Shown one piece after another: positions 28,701-39,473 of a DNA stretch of 64,000 nucleotides. The DNA is taken from positions 320,001-384,000 of the forward strand of contig OZ251997.1 of assembly GCA_965247095.1 (NCBI GenBank), written 5' to 3'. Within the stretch, counting starts at the first letter, position 1; each line of letters begins with the position of its first letter. A program made the position numbers and the translations under genes. The notes below the pieces were generated by a model. It searched no databases. It was not told the origin of the DNA and saw nothing but the letters and a program-made list of their open reading frames with translations. This DNA comes from Candidatus Multivorans sp. GTDB lineage: Bacteria > Acidobacteriota > Thermoanaerobaculia > Multivoradales > Multivoraceae.

Positions 28701-28978
28701 AAGATCTGGGAGATCCCCTCCGAGGAGACCGAACTCAGTTCGCGGATGCCTTCGATCGTGTTGATCTGCTCTTCGAGGACATCGGTGACTTCGGTCTCGA
28801 CGGTCTCCGGTGAGGCCCCTTCGAGGATTGTCGTGACGGTGACGAAGGGGAACTCGACATCCGGGTTCAGGTCGACATTGAGCCGGCTCAGCGACACCAA
28901 GCCCAGCACGACCAGCGCCACGTTGAGCATCAAGGCGAAGACGGGCCTGCGGATCGAGATGAGCGGCAGGTTCAGCAT
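25796..28978 (-). CDS. RND efflux transporter permease (AcrB/HAE1 family)
   Basis: IRRPVFA, GASPETVE, IDDAIVV, KNGILL, RLRPVLMT. Confidence 0.95.
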   Translation of the reverse strand: MLNLPLISIRRPVFALMLNVALVVLGLVSLSRLNVDLNPDVEFPFVTVTTILEGASPETVETEVTDVLEEQINTIEGIRELSSVSSEGISQIFVEFETGYDIDVKAQHVREKMAPVRAELPLDIEDPVVTQIDPDATPILSIMLGGPVSVRELSELAENMVKDRLERLPGVGSIEIIGSRRREVRIWLDPVRLGGYGLSIDDVRSTLLLENAETAGGRVEGREREWTVTTSGRVKRVEDFGALIAAERGGRLVYLRDVAKIEDGLAEERSVARFNGQRGVSLEVRRRSGANTVAVAEAVRTEVEALRPNLPPGMEVLITRDMAVFIEESIYSVFSNMLWGGVLVVAVVLLFLRNPRSTLISALAIPSSVIASFTFFYVADFTLNVMTLMALSLSIGVVIDDAIVVLEVIYRRIEQGLGRREAAEEGASQVTLAVISTTLAQCAVFVPIAFMSGTVGQWFYEFGMVMAIAVCVSSLFALTLTPMLGSRVLTARQGNDPVSRALGSALDGLDRFYQEVLRRALGHKLLTLIVAVAAMAGGVLVATTLPFDLFVTEDRSEFNVDVKMPIGTPLAVTAQAARRAEEVLAADPEVRNRFATIGGGSRQEPHRASIYVQLTNKRERDLGQAAIMDRVRERLLTQIPEAEEVAVSPINWIAGSDDQLGSRAVTYSLRGPLMEDLELYSDRLVALMRSDPAFVDVGTSWETGKPEIKIDVDRDRAADLGVQATVIGRTIRTLLAGEELGTFEEGGERYDVRVQVLPEYRDTPEKLDLIQIRTASGQLTPITNVADIRVGEGAVQISRQNRSRQITIAANAAEGVAQSELAARVEDYSQMVGLEAPNQLVPSGMTVVLQETSVSLFFAFVLAIAAIYMVLASLFNSLVHPITIMMSAPLSFIGAFLALKLSGKPLDMLSGIGLLVLMGLVMKNGILLIDYINRLRQDGRTRREAILEAGPARLRPVLMTALSLICGLLPVAFSTASGSEARAAIAVLTMGGMATSTLLTLLVVPVIYDLVDRTVEKLTAWSRTVWDQFVNLGRQPATQAAHVSKPRRRRRRRLRKRPRR

Positions 28979-28985
28979 GGCCGCC

Positions 28986-30185
28986 TCATCGTGGCTGCGG
29001 TGCGTCCGGGAGCGCGGCAGAGGGCGCCGTGTCCCCGCCGGCCGCCAGCGGCGGCGGCTCGGCGGCTTGAACCGGCGCACCGTCGGCGAGCCGGTCGATC
29101 ACCGGGCCGACGATCACCGCGTCGCCGGCTTCGACGCCGGTCCTGATCTCGACCAGGCGCGAGCCGGTGGCGCCGACCGTGACCTCGATCTGCCGGGCGC
29201 GGCCGTCCACGGTCGTGAACAGGTAGGCGCGGCCGTCGCGGTTGAGCAGGGCGGCCCGTTCGACAATCACCGCGCCGCCGCGGGTCCGCGGCCGGATCTC
29301 GGCCCGGACGAAGGCGCCCGCCTTGGCGCCCGACAGGTTGCCGGGCACTGGCGCCCGCACCCGGTAGGTCCGTGTCTCGGGGTCGATTCTGGCGTTGACC
29401 GACGCGATCGTGGACTGGATCGGCTCGGCGGCGCCCTCGACGATCAGGAGAGCCGGGTCGCCGACTCTCACCGGCGACGCCGCAGCCGCCGGCACGTCGA
29501 GTTCGGCGGAAAAACCTGTCTGTTCCTGGATCGTGACGACGACGGAGCCGGGGCCGACGATCGCGCCCTCGTGGAGCTGCCTTTCGACCACATGGGCGGT
29601 GTACGGGCTGATCACCTCCGTGCGGGTGAGGTCCTGCTCGGCGCTCTGGACCGCGGCCTGCTCCTGCTGGACACGGGCCTTGGCCACTGCGAGCAGGGTC
29701 AGTTGCTGATCGAGCCGTTGCGGCGGCGCGACCTGCTGTTCGGCCAGTCGGCGCACCCGTTCCAGTTCCTGGAGGGCCTGCGCGGCCTCGGCCTTCGCCA
29801 GCGCGAGGCCGGCGCGCGCCCGTTGCAGGTTGGTTCTGAACGGCCCCGGGTCGAGTTGGAAGACGACATCGCCGGCTGCCACTTCATCGCCGACATCGAA
29901 GTGGACGACCGAGAGCCTTCCCGCCAGCTCCGGTCCGAGTTCGGTCAGGCGCGGGGCGACAACGGAGCCGGAGGCGGTGACCAAGGCGTCGACCTGACCG
30001 CGCCGCACCCGGGTGGTCGGGGCAAGCACGCCGCTCCTGAAGATGCCCGTGCCGGTGGCCAGACTCGCGTCGGCGCTCGTGGCGCTGTCGGGCACGTCGC
30101 CGCGGCAGCCGATGCTCACCGCCACGGCAAACGTCGCTACCAGCACGATGGTTCGCTGTATGTGTTCAGGCCCCGATCGCGTCAT
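28986..30185 (-). CDS. RND periplasmic adaptor (membrane fusion protein)
   Basis: Lipoyl-hairpin pattern (GDEVAAGDVVFQLD...ISPY), IDPETRTY; directly upstream of permease. Confidence 0.9.
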   Translation of the reverse strand: MTRSGPEHIQRTIVLVATFAVAVSIGCRGDVPDSATSADASLATGTGIFRSGVLAPTTRVRRGQVDALVTASGSVVAPRLTELGPELAGRLSVVHFDVGDEVAAGDVVFQLDPGPFRTNLQRARAGLALAKAEAAQALQELERVRRLAEQQVAPPQRLDQQLTLLAVAKARVQQEQAAVQSAEQDLTRTEVISPYTAHVVERQLHEGAIVGPGSVVVTIQEQTGFSAELDVPAAAASPVRVGDPALLIVEGAAEPIQSTIASVNARIDPETRTYRVRAPVPGNLSGAKAGAFVRAEIRPRTRGGAVIVERAALLNRDGRAYLFTTVDGRARQIEVTVGATGSRLVEIRTGVEAGDAVIVGPVIDRLADGAPVQAAEPPPLAAGGDTAPSAALPDAPQPR

Positions 30186-30350
30186 GGTCCGACTCCTGCC
30201 AAGTCGTGCGGAGTCTTGGCCGTGTCCCGGCGCCCGGGGACGGCGTCGCGTCCACGGCGTTCGAGGTGCTACGTAGCCTTCACGGTCGTACCGGTTGGTA
30301 GCGCCGCCAAACCCGTCGCAGACTCCGTGTTTGGCCCCAGCCCCCACCTC

Positions 30351-30477
30351 ACCAGGACCTTGCGCCGCAGAACCCGGGTGGCGCGATACGCGCCACCCGC
30401 GAACCAGTCCGAGCGGCCGTCATCGGGCGCACGGATGGAACTCACTCCGTTGCGTTTCTGCGGCGCAAGGTCCTGGT
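30351..30477. repeat. 22-bp perfect inverted repeat enclosing a copy of the 68-bp element (30374-30441)
   Basis: accaggaccttgcgccgcagaa (30351-30372) / ttctgcggcgcaaggtcctggt (30456-30477). Confidence 0.85.
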
Positions 30478-30575
30478 TGGTACTCTGCGGCCACCGCAAA
30501 CCGAATCATACAGCCGATGGCGGATCCGCGAGGATCCGTTGCCGTCCTGCGCAACAGTTTGGAGGTCGTTCGAAC

Positions 30576-31415
30576 ATGCACCGCGATCCACGAAGAGCCC
30601 CCGCCCCTGGTTCCCTCGTTGCCGGCCTGATCCTTGGCCTGGCTTTCGGCGCCGTGCAGCCGGTGGCCTCGGAGGACTTCGACCACGTCCACCTGACCGC
30701 GCCGGACACGATGGTGGCGGCCAAGTGGTACAACGATCTCTTCGGCGGCAAGCTCGGCAAGAGCGGGCCCTTCGACGCCGTGTTCTACGGCAACGACATC
30801 CTGAAGGTCCGCGAGGGGGCGCCGACCAGCGGCAGCGGCGGCACCTCGGTCGATCACCTCGGTTTCTCGGTCGACGACGTGGAAGCGACGCTGGAACAGT
30901 GTGAAGCGGCCGGCGGCAAGGTCGTCGGCGCCGCCCGACACGTGGAGGCGGCCGGGTTCACCTTCGGCTTCTGCGAGGACCCCTGGGGTACGCGCATCGA
31001 GGTGATCGACGACTTGGACCACGGCGGCGCGCCGGGGCTGCACCACATTCACGTCTTCTCGGGCGACGCGGTGGCGACCGCCGCCTGGTACGCGACGCAG
31101 TTCGGCGGCGAGGTCGTGCCCTTCAAGAGCTTAGCCCCCCTGCACTCGATCCTCTACGACAACGGCGGCGACGAGACCTGGCTGATCGTCAACCAGGCGC
31201 CGGGCGAACGGACCGGCACCGACGGCACGGTGGTCGATCACATCGGTTGGCACACTACTGACTACGATCCGTGGCTCGAGCGGTTGCGTGCGAACGGCGT
31301 GAAGTTCGTCGTCGAGCCGCGGGAGCTGGAGGACGGCCACCGGATCGCCTTCATCGAGGGGCCGGACGGCACGAAGATCGAGGTGGTCGAGCTGCTTGAA
31401 GGAGGGGCTCCTTGA
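30576..31415 (+). CDS. Exported two-domain VOC (glyoxalase/dioxygenase) family protein
   Basis: Signal peptide; DHVHL, DHLGF, DPWGTRIEV, HHIHV, DHIGW, GPDGTKIEV; SD ggagg. Confidence 0.85.
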   Translation: MHRDPRRAPAPGSLVAGLILGLAFGAVQPVASEDFDHVHLTAPDTMVAAKWYNDLFGGKLGKSGPFDAVFYGNDILKVREGAPTSGSGGTSVDHLGFSVDDVEATLEQCEAAGGKVVGAARHVEAAGFTFGFCEDPWGTRIEVIDDLDHGGAPGLHHIHVFSGDAVATAAWYATQFGGEVVPFKSLAPLHSILYDNGGDETWLIVNQAPGERTGTDGTVVDHIGWHTTDYDPWLERLRANGVKFVVEPRELEDGHRIAFIEGPDGTKIEVVELLEGGAP

Positions 31416-32389
31416 CGCGGAGGCTGAACCTGGATCGCGGTTGCCGGTGGGTGCGGGTGCGGCTGCTTGCCGCCATCGCCGCGGCGCCCGCGGTTGCCGT
31501 CGCACCGCTCGGGGCACAGGAGACGGCTGCGCCGGTTGAGCCGGCGCGGTTCCACCACATCCACCTCAACGCAACGGACGTCGAGCGTTCGATCGATTTC
31601 TACCGCGGCACCTTCGGCGCGTTGCCGATCGAGTTCCGGGGCGCGGCGGACGCCGTGTTCACGGAGCGATCCTTCATCCTCTTCAACGAGGTGGCGGAGG
31701 CGCCCGGCGGCAGCCAGGAGAGCGGCATCTGGCACTTCGGCTGGGGCGGCGTTGATGTGCCGAACGAGTACAAGTGGCTGGTGTCCCGCGGCGTCGACAT
31801 CCACACGCCGATCTACCGCCTGGGCCGGGGGCAGTTTATCTACGTCAACGGCCCCGACCGCGAGATGATCGAAGTGAACACGATGGGCCATCACCGCTTC
31901 GCCCACGTTCACCTGTTCGCCGTCGACGTCAACGAGACCGCGTCATGGTACGAGCAGACCTTCGGGCTGCGCGCGGGGCGCAGCGCGGACGGCAACCCGC
32001 GGCCGGTCGGGCCGGACGCGGAGTTCTCGACCTGGCAGGAGTTCCACCGCGAGCACCGCGCCTGGTCGAACGGCTTCCGAGCCGACAACGTGAGCTTCAT
32101 CGTCTACAACATTCCCGACTACGAGCCGGTGGCGCCGTGGTGGCCGCAGGATGCGGCGCCGCTGCGCGAGCTGGAGCCTCAGCGGGGGAGGGCGATCGAC
32201 CACTTCGCCTTCTCCTACCGGGAGATCGAACCGGTGTTCGAACGGCTGCGGGCGGCGGGGGTCGAGATCCTGGCGCCGATCACCTACCGGCCGGAACTCA
32301 AGATGCGGAGCTTCTTCGCGATGGGCCCGGACAAGGTAGCGGTCGAGGTCGTCGAAGCGAAGCCGATCCCCGAAGGCGTGTGGGACTGA
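31412..32389 (+). CDS. Exported two-domain VOC family protein
   Basis: Signal peptide; FHHIHL, WHFGW, GPDREMIEV, AHVHL, DHFAF; 4-bp overlap with previous gene. Confidence 0.82.
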   Translation: MTRRLNLDRGCRWVRVRLLAAIAAAPAVAVAPLGAQETAAPVEPARFHHIHLNATDVERSIDFYRGTFGALPIEFRGAADAVFTERSFILFNEVAEAPGGSQESGIWHFGWGGVDVPNEYKWLVSRGVDIHTPIYRLGRGQFIYVNGPDREMIEVNTMGHHRFAHVHLFAVDVNETASWYEQTFGLRAGRSADGNPRPVGPDAEFSTWQEFHREHRAWSNGFRADNVSFIVYNIPDYEPVAPWWPQDAAPLRELEPQRGRAIDHFAFSYREIEPVFERLRAAGVEILAPITYRPELKMRSFFAMGPDKVAVEVVEAKPIPEGVWD

Positions 32390-33698
32390 GCTACCTGTTA
32401 AAGTCCGCCTGCCGACCGAAACAACTCGCTTTGGCAAAGCTGGAGACCTGCATGAGCCGCTCGATCGCTGCACTTCTCGTTCTTGGCGCCCTGGGTCTCG
32501 CTTCCGTGGCGGTCGCCGAAGACACCGGCGAGGCGGCCACCTTCCACGAGCACGTGCTGCCGATCTTCCAGCAGAGCTGCCAGACCTGCCATCGCCCGGG
32601 CGGCGACAACGTCGCCGGAATGGTGGCGCCGATGTCCCTGATGACCTACGAGGAGACGCGGCCGTGGGCCCGCTCGATCGCGCGCCTGGTCCAGAGCCGC
32701 GAGATGCCTCCGTGGGACGCGACAGACCACACGGCCGGCGTCTTCGCCAACGAGCGGACACTGAACCAGGAGGAGATCGACACGATCGTGGCCTGGGCGG
32801 GACGCGGCGCGCCGAAGGGCGATCCGGCCAAGGGGCCGGCCCCGCGCAAGTTCCAGGACACCGGCGGCTTCCTGATCGGCAAGCCGGACCTGATCGTCTA
32901 CCTGGAGGAGCCTCACTTCGTCGGCGATGACGTGGAGGACGAACAGCCCAACTTCTACATCACGCTGACCGAGGAGATGCTGCCCGAGCCGCGCTGGATT
33001 CAGGCAATCGAATACCAGCCGGATGCCGCGTTCGTCCATCACATCACCGGCCGGGCCCTGATCCCGAACGAGGACGGCGAGGTCGACGTGCTGAGGGAGA
33101 ACACGTTCTCGCTCGGCTCGATCGCGGCCGGAGAGGATCCGACGGTCTACCCGCCCGGCTTCGGCAACCAGTTGCGCGCCGGCATGGTGGTCCGTCTGAA
33201 CGTCCACTACCACAAGGAACCGGGCCCGGGCACCGCGGGTCACGATCGTTCCGCAGTCGCTTTCAGGTTCCATCCGGTCGGCGCCGACGTGAAGCACACG
33301 GTGACCTGGAACACGGTCGGCGCGGGCGCCTTCGAGATTCCGCCGGGCCACGGACGCTGGCGTGTCGGGTCGTCCAAGGTGTTCGAGAAAGACACCGTGC
33401 TGCTGTCGCTCCATCCACACATGCACTTCCGCGGCGAGAGCATGAAGTACACGGCGCACTACCCGGATGGCGGCGCCGAAGTGCTCCTCGACGTCCCGCA
33501 GTACGACTACAATTGGCAGACGAACTACATCTACCGTCAGCCCAAGGTGCTGCCGGCCGGGACCCGGGTGGAGATCGAAGCGATCTACGACAACTCGGAG
33601 ACCAAGCTCGACGAGTACCCGTTCCTGAACATCGAGCGCGCCGTGGACTGGGGCGCCCAGAGCACGGACGAGATGATGGCGCCCTTCCTGGCCTGGAC

Positions 33699-34283
<585 letters not shown>

Positions 34284-34352
34284 GCCGGCATCGTAGCGGA
34301 GGGAAGGCGGTAGCGATTCGGGCTCCGGCGCGTACCGGTACACTGCGCGCCC

Positions 34353-35225
34353 ATGAGATTCGGACTCAGGTACTGCAACACCGGCCGCTTCGTCGATCCG
34401 GGCCTGGCGGTGGAACTGGCCCAGGCCGCCGACGAGGCCGGCTTCGAGTCGATCTGGACCGTCGAGCACACGGTCGTTCCGGGCGGGTACGAATCGGCGT
34501 ATCCCTATTCGCCCGACGGCAAGATGGCCGGCGGCCGGGACGACTTTCCGCTCCCGGATCCGCTGATCTGGATGGCGTTCGTCGCTTCGCAGACGCGGCG
34601 GATCCGGTTCGCGACCGGAATCCTGATCGTGCCTCAGCACAACCCCGTGACTGCCGCCAAACAGATCGCCACCCTGGACCACATGACGGGTGGGCGTCTC
34701 CTTCTGGGCATCGGCGTCGGCTGGTTGAAGGAGGAGTTCGACGCGATCGGCGTCTCCTTCGGCGACCGTGGCCGGCGCACGGACGAGTACATCGAGGCAA
34801 TGCGGGAGCTCTGGGGCGCGGAGAGGCCGACCTACCAAGGCGAGTTCGTCCAGTTCGAGGCCGCCTACTGCCGCCCGCAGCCGGTGACCGGGAGCGTCCC
34901 GATCATTGTCGGCGGACACTCCAAGGTCGCGGCACGGCGCGCCGGCCGTCTGGGCGACGGCTTCTTCCCGGCGCGTGGCGCCTCGGCCGAACTGATCGGA
35001 CTGGCACGCGACGTGGCCGCGGCACACGGCCGCGACCCGGAGGCGCTCGAGATCACCACCGGCATCGGCGAAGACCTTTCGAGCCTGCGTTCGCTGGCGG
35101 ACCTCGGGGTCGGGCGGGTCCTGGTGCCGGTGGCGCCGATGCCCGGCATGGGCCTGCACCTCGGCCGGCCCGAGAACGCGCAGTCGCTCATGGACCAGCT
35201 CCTCGAGGCGGCGCCGCCGGAGTAG
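34353..35225 (+). CDS. LLM-class (probable F420-dependent) oxidoreductase
   Basis: [33 protein letters not shown]. Confidence 0.88.
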   Translation: MRFGLRYCNTGRFVDPGLAVELAQAADEAGFESIWTVEHTVVPGGYESAYPYSPDGKMAGGRDDFPLPDPLIWMAFVASQTRRIRFATGILIVPQHNPVTAAKQIATLDHMTGGRLLLGIGVGWLKEEFDAIGVSFGDRGRRTDEYIEAMRELWGAERPTYQGEFVQFEAAYCRPQPVTGSVPIIVGGHSKVAARRAGRLGDGFFPARGASAELIGLARDVAAAHGRDPEALEITTGIGEDLSSLRSLADLGVGRVLVPVAPMPGMGLHLGRPENAQSLMDQLLEAAPPE

Positions 35226-35235
35226 TCAATAGAGT

Positions 35236-36561
35236 TTGCGGTTTCGAGCACTATCGTCCTTCGCGCTCTCGGCGCTCCTTCTCGGGGGATGCTCCGGCCC
35301 CGGCGCGCCGCCTTGGCACGCGGTCCATCTGACCTGGCAGGGCGACACGTCGACGACGATGACCGTCAACCTGGTGGTCGAAGCGGATGGCGTTGGGGAG
35401 AGGCTGCCCCGGAGCGCCAGTGTCGATTGGCAGCCTTCGGGGGCGGACGGTGAACCGTATTCGATTTCAGGGGAACCGGTCGAGATCCCAGGCGTACCGG
35501 ACGTTCGGGTGTACCGGTTCGAGTTGCGTGGCCTGGAACCCGGGGCCAGCTACGACTTCCGGATCGCGCTCGACGAACGCCCCGCGGGCGGGTGGGGCAG
35601 CTTCCGCACGATGCCGCGGGAGGGCCCGGTGCGCATGGCTGCCGGCGGGGACGTGGGCGCCGAGCCGCTCTCGCTCGCCCTGCTGGCTCAGGCGGCGCGA
35701 CAGTCGCCGCACCTGCTGGCAATCGGTGGCGACCTCGCCTACGCCAACGGTTTGACCTCGAACTGGCCGCGGTGGCGGGCCTGGTTGGAGCACGTCACCG
35801 AGGCGTTGGTCACGCCCGATGGCCACACGGTTCCCCTGGTGCTCGCGATCGGCAACCACGAAGTGAACGTCGGCCGTGACGGCGGGGTTTCTGAGTCGGC
35901 GTCGGCCGAACAGAAGGCGCCCTTTTACTTCGCGCTCTTCGCCCAGGACCAGGGCGGCGGGGGACAGGGGACGGCCGGCGGTGCGACCTACTTCCGCCGC
36001 GGCCTGGGCTCGGTGGGGGTCCTCTACGTGCTGGACAGCGGGCATCTGGTGTCCCATGAGGAACAGGGTGTCTGGCTGGCGGAGCGCATGGAGGCCGACG
36101 CGGGACTGCCGAACAGGCTTGCGCTCTACCACGTGCCGCTCTACCCGGCTCACCGGTCGTACGAGGACTCGGCCGGCGGCCGTGCCGCGTGGGAGGAGGT
36201 GTTCCACCGCGGCGGACTGACGGTCGCATTCGAGAACCACGACCACGTGTTCAAGCGCAGCCACCCGATCCGCTTGGGCGAGGTGGTCGAGGAGGGCGAG
36301 GGCGTGCTCTACCTCGGCGACGGCTGCATGGGCCAGGACGCACGCACCGTCGACGTGGAGGAACGTTGGTACATCGCCAGGTCGGCCAGCGAGCCGCACT
36401 TCTGGACCGCTGAACTCTCGGGCGAGGGCGCGACATTCCGCGCCTTCGACGAGGAGGGCCGTTTGCTCGACCTGGTCTCGACCGGCGGTGTTGCGCCGCC
36501 GCCCGACGCCGGGGTTGTTCTGCCGGAACTCGACCGAATCGTCGAGACGCCCGGGCCATAG
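35236..36561 (+). CDS. Purple acid phosphatase-like metallophosphoesterase, putative lipoprotein
   Basis: LGGC lipobox; GD, GGDLAY, GNHE, YH, HDH. Confidence 0.85.
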   Translation: MRFRALSSFALSALLLGGCSGPGAPPWHAVHLTWQGDTSTTMTVNLVVEADGVGERLPRSASVDWQPSGADGEPYSISGEPVEIPGVPDVRVYRFELRGLEPGASYDFRIALDERPAGGWGSFRTMPREGPVRMAAGGDVGAEPLSLALLAQAARQSPHLLAIGGDLAYANGLTSNWPRWRAWLEHVTEALVTPDGHTVPLVLAIGNHEVNVGRDGGVSESASAEQKAPFYFALFAQDQGGGGQGTAGGATYFRRGLGSVGVLYVLDSGHLVSHEEQGVWLAERMEADAGLPNRLALYHVPLYPAHRSYEDSAGGRAAWEEVFHRGGLTVAFENHDHVFKRSHPIRLGEVVEEGEGVLYLGDGCMGQDARTVDVEERWYIARSASEPHFWTAELSGEGATFRAFDEEGRLLDLVSTGGVAPPPDAGVVLPELDRIVETPGP

Positions 36562-36604
36562 CCAACTCGCGGCCGTCCCCACCTCCGCCTCGAGAGCGTT
36601 CTAG

Positions 36605-39052
36605 CTACTTCGAGCTACTGGCCTTCCGCAGGCCCAGGTGCGTGTCGGACCACCGCAGCATCTCCGCCACCACGTGCAACACCGACTCGCGGGCCGCGTA
36701 GCCGTGGGACTCGTGGGGCAGGGTGACGTAGCGGACGGTGGCGCCGTGGCCCTTCAGGGCCTGGTAGAAGCGCTCGGACTGCATCGGGAAGGTGCCGGAG
36801 TTGTTGTCGATCTCGCCGTGCAGCAGCAGGATCGGCTCGTTCACCTTTTCGGCGTGGAAGAACGGCGACATCGCGGCGTAGATGTGCTGGGCCTCCCAGA
36901 ACGTGCGGCGCTCGTTCTGGAAGCCGAACGGGGTGAGTGAGCGGTTGTAGGCGCCGCTGCGGGCGATGCCGGCCGCGAACAGGTCGGAGTGGGCGAGCAG
37001 GTTGGCGGTCATGAAGGCGCCGTAGCTGTGGCCGCCGACGGCGATCCGGTCGCGGTCGGCGACGCCGAGTTCGACGACGGCGTCGATGGCGGCCGCGGCG
37101 CTTGACACGAGCTGTTCGATGTAGGTGTCGTTGGCCGTCTCGCCCTCGCCGATGATCGGCATCGTCGGACCGTCCAGGATCGCGTAGCCCTGGGTGAGCA
37201 GAAGCAGGTGCGTGGCGCCTCCGAGCCTGGTGAATCGGTGCGGCGAACCGCTGACCTGGCTGGCCGCGTCGGGATTCGTGTACTCGCGGGGATAGGCCCA
37301 GAGCAGCATCGGCGGCCGGTCGCCCTCGCGGTGGCCCGGCGGCAGGTAGAGGGTGGCGGAGAGGCCGGTGCCGTCGCTCCGCTTGTAGGTGATGAGACGC
37401 TTCTCGATCTGCCGCAGGATCGGCGTCGGATCGCTGAAGTCGGTCAGCGCCCGTCGGTCGCCGCTCGCGGTCTCGCGGATGAAGTAGTTCGGGGGCTCCG
37501 TCTTGCTCTCGCGCCGGGTGAGCAGGGTCTTGCCGTCGTCCGAGAGGACCGCGACCACGGTCTCGTAGGTCTCGGGTTCGGTGCGGAAGAGCCGCTCGGT
37601 CTGAAGAGTCCGCAGATCGAGGCGGTCAATGAACGGCCGGTCGCCTTCGGGCGATGCGCCCGCGCCGCTCAGATAGATCGATCTCCCGTCCTGCAGAAGA
37701 GTCGCGCCGGCGGCGCCGCCGCCGGGGCGGCGGAGCGGGAAGCCCGGATCGCCGTAGCGGTCTTCGGCGCTGCGGTCGAACAGCGGCCGCGGCTCGTCGC
37801 CGTCGACGTCGAGCAGGGCGGTGCGGGTCCAGCGCGTCGGGCGGTCGAACTCGTTGACCAGCGCGGTACCGTCGGCGGTCCAGGAGATGCCGGAGAACCG
37901 GTACTCGGTGCGCGTCAGCTCACGCGGCTCGCCGTCGAACGGCGCGGCGAGGGTGTACACGTAGTCGCGGTGCGGCACTTCGGCCTTCGGATCGCCGCCG
38001 TCCTGCGCCTCGCTCCAGACCAGGGTCGCCGGCGCGGTGGGATTCCAGCGATGGCCTCGGGGGCCGGTGGGGACACCGCCGATCGGCACGGCGTCCGCGA
38101 GAGGCAGGGTCGCCAACGTGACCGCGTCGCCGGCCAGAGTCCAGACCTCGACGGAGCGCGCGAACCGGCTGGCCGGGTGCAACCACGAGAACGGACGCAC
38201 AAGGCGCTCGATGAGCACGTGGCGGCTGTCCGGCGCGGCCGAGACGCGGGCGTAGAGGCCCGGTTCACCGATCGCGGTCCGCGCGCCCGTGGCCAGAGCA
38301 ACCGTCTCGATCTGGCTCGTGAAGTGGTACTCGAACAGGGCTTCGTCGTGGGGGTTGGCAAGCAGATCCTGGTAGGTGCGGACCGGCGCCGCGCGCCCGC
38401 CCGCGTGTTCCTGGATGTTCGGGCCGTCCGGCTGCCGCGGCGGTGAGGGCGGCGTTCCGCGGGCGGATCGCCGGAAGCGGCAGAGCACGCCGGTCGAGTC
38501 GAAGAGCCACTCGCAAGGGTTGCCCCAGGTGGCGTTGAGCGAGGCGACGGTCAGCGGGCGTGGCTGGCCGGACGCGACGTCGACGACCCAGAGTTCGATC
38601 CCCGTGTCCCGGAGGACCGCGTACGAGAGGTGCGAGCCGTCCGGGGAGAACTCCGGCCAGCCGAGGGTCGTGCCCCGGGGAGCGTCGATGCGCACGCCAT
38701 CATCGCCGGCGCTTGCTTCGTCGCTGACAGCGTCGAGGCGGCGGACGGTCAGCGCCGCAATCTCCGGCGCACGCCAGGGGCCGCTGTTCCGCGGATCGAT
38801 CCGGTAGCCGGCCAACCGCTCCAAGGGGCGCGCCTGCCACCCGATCGGCGGCATGCTCCCCTGCTCGATCAGCACGATGACGTCGCGCGTCGGACCGACG
38901 AGAACGCCCGGCGTCGGCGGCGCGTCGAGGATGTCGACGATCTCCTGCGGGGGTGGGAGATAGCCGTTTTCGGCGACGCCGGCCTGCGCGGCAGCCGAAT
39001 CGGTGGCCGCAAACAGGATGGCCGGCAAGGTGAGGGCGGTAGTGAGCTTCAT
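36605..39052 (-). CDS. S9 family peptidase (glutamyl endopeptidase S9D-like), exported
   Basis: GGHSYG, DNNSGTF, HESHGY triad motifs; signal peptide. Confidence 0.9.
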   Translation of the reverse strand: MKLTTALTLPAILFAATDSAAAQAGVAENGYLPPPQEIVDILDAPPTPGVLVGPTRDVIVLIEQGSMPPIGWQARPLERLAGYRIDPRNSGPWRAPEIAALTVRRLDAVSDEASAGDDGVRIDAPRGTTLGWPEFSPDGSHLSYAVLRDTGIELWVVDVASGQPRPLTVASLNATWGNPCEWLFDSTGVLCRFRRSARGTPPSPPRQPDGPNIQEHAGGRAAPVRTYQDLLANPHDEALFEYHFTSQIETVALATGARTAIGEPGLYARVSAAPDSRHVLIERLVRPFSWLHPASRFARSVEVWTLAGDAVTLATLPLADAVPIGGVPTGPRGHRWNPTAPATLVWSEAQDGGDPKAEVPHRDYVYTLAAPFDGEPRELTRTEYRFSGISWTADGTALVNEFDRPTRWTRTALLDVDGDEPRPLFDRSAEDRYGDPGFPLRRPGGGAAGATLLQDGRSIYLSGAGASPEGDRPFIDRLDLRTLQTERLFRTEPETYETVVAVLSDDGKTLLTRRESKTEPPNYFIRETASGDRRALTDFSDPTPILRQIEKRLITYKRSDGTGLSATLYLPPGHREGDRPPMLLWAYPREYTNPDAASQVSGSPHRFTRLGGATHLLLLTQGYAILDGPTMPIIGEGETANDTYIEQLVSSAAAAIDAVVELGVADRDRIAVGGHSYGAFMTANLLAHSDLFAAGIARSGAYNRSLTPFGFQNERRTFWEAQHIYAAMSPFFHAEKVNEPILLLHGEIDNNSGTFPMQSERFYQALKGHGATVRYVTLPHESHGYAARESVLHVVAEMLRWSDTHLGLRKASSSK

Positions 39053-39115
39053 GACGGGTTCCTCATCGGTAGTCGCGGAGCATTATCGCCCATCGTCTGT
39101 TGCCGGATCCGTCCC

Positions 39116-39151
39116 TTGACCCAACTGGCGAAGCTGGTCTAAGTTGGACCA
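39116..39151 (+). promoter_or_regulatory. Promoter/operator candidate of TA module 3
   Basis: TTGACC-N18-TAAGTT with inverted repeat tggtc/gacca straddling the -10. Confidence 0.45.
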
Positions 39152-39182
39152 CATTGGTGAGGAACCCCTGAGGAGAGTCCCC

Positions 39183-39473
39183 ATGACCATTGGCCCCGAT
39201 TCTGAACGAGCTTGGACAGTCGCCGAGGCCAAGGCGCGCCTGTCGGAAATCCTCCGTCTCGCGCAGGAGGAAGGGCCCCAGCAGATCGGAAAGCGCAACA
39301 CCTTCGTCGTCGTTCCGAAGAGCGAGTGGGACCGACGTTCGACGCCGCAGAAGCCGCTGGGGCAATGGCTGGTCGAGAACGCGCCTCGCGGTATCGAGCT
39401 GGAGCTTCCCGACAGGAAGAACGAGCCGGAGCGAGAGATTCCCTTCCAGACCGAGGAGTGGGATTGGGAGTGA
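39183..39473 (+). CDS. Phd/YefM family antitoxin
   Basis: WTVAEAKARLSEILRLA..EGPQQI. Confidence 0.88.
   Translation: MTIGPDSERAWTVAEAKARLSEILRLAQEEGPQQIGKRNTFVVVPKSEWDRRSTPQKPLGQWLVENAPRGIELELPDRKNEPEREIPFQTEEWDWE

Noticed and set aside
25796-30185. RND pump lacking TolC, with an Arg-rich C-terminal tail
   Set aside because: Outer-membrane factors are often encoded elsewhere, and the tail is likely non-conserved GC-rich sequence
28746-31415. 889-aa ORF, and similar long N-terminal extensions (31774, 35159, 49666, 58594, 61498)
   Set aside because: Only the C-terminal parts are real genes; true starts assigned from SD or -10 signals, signal peptides and overlaps
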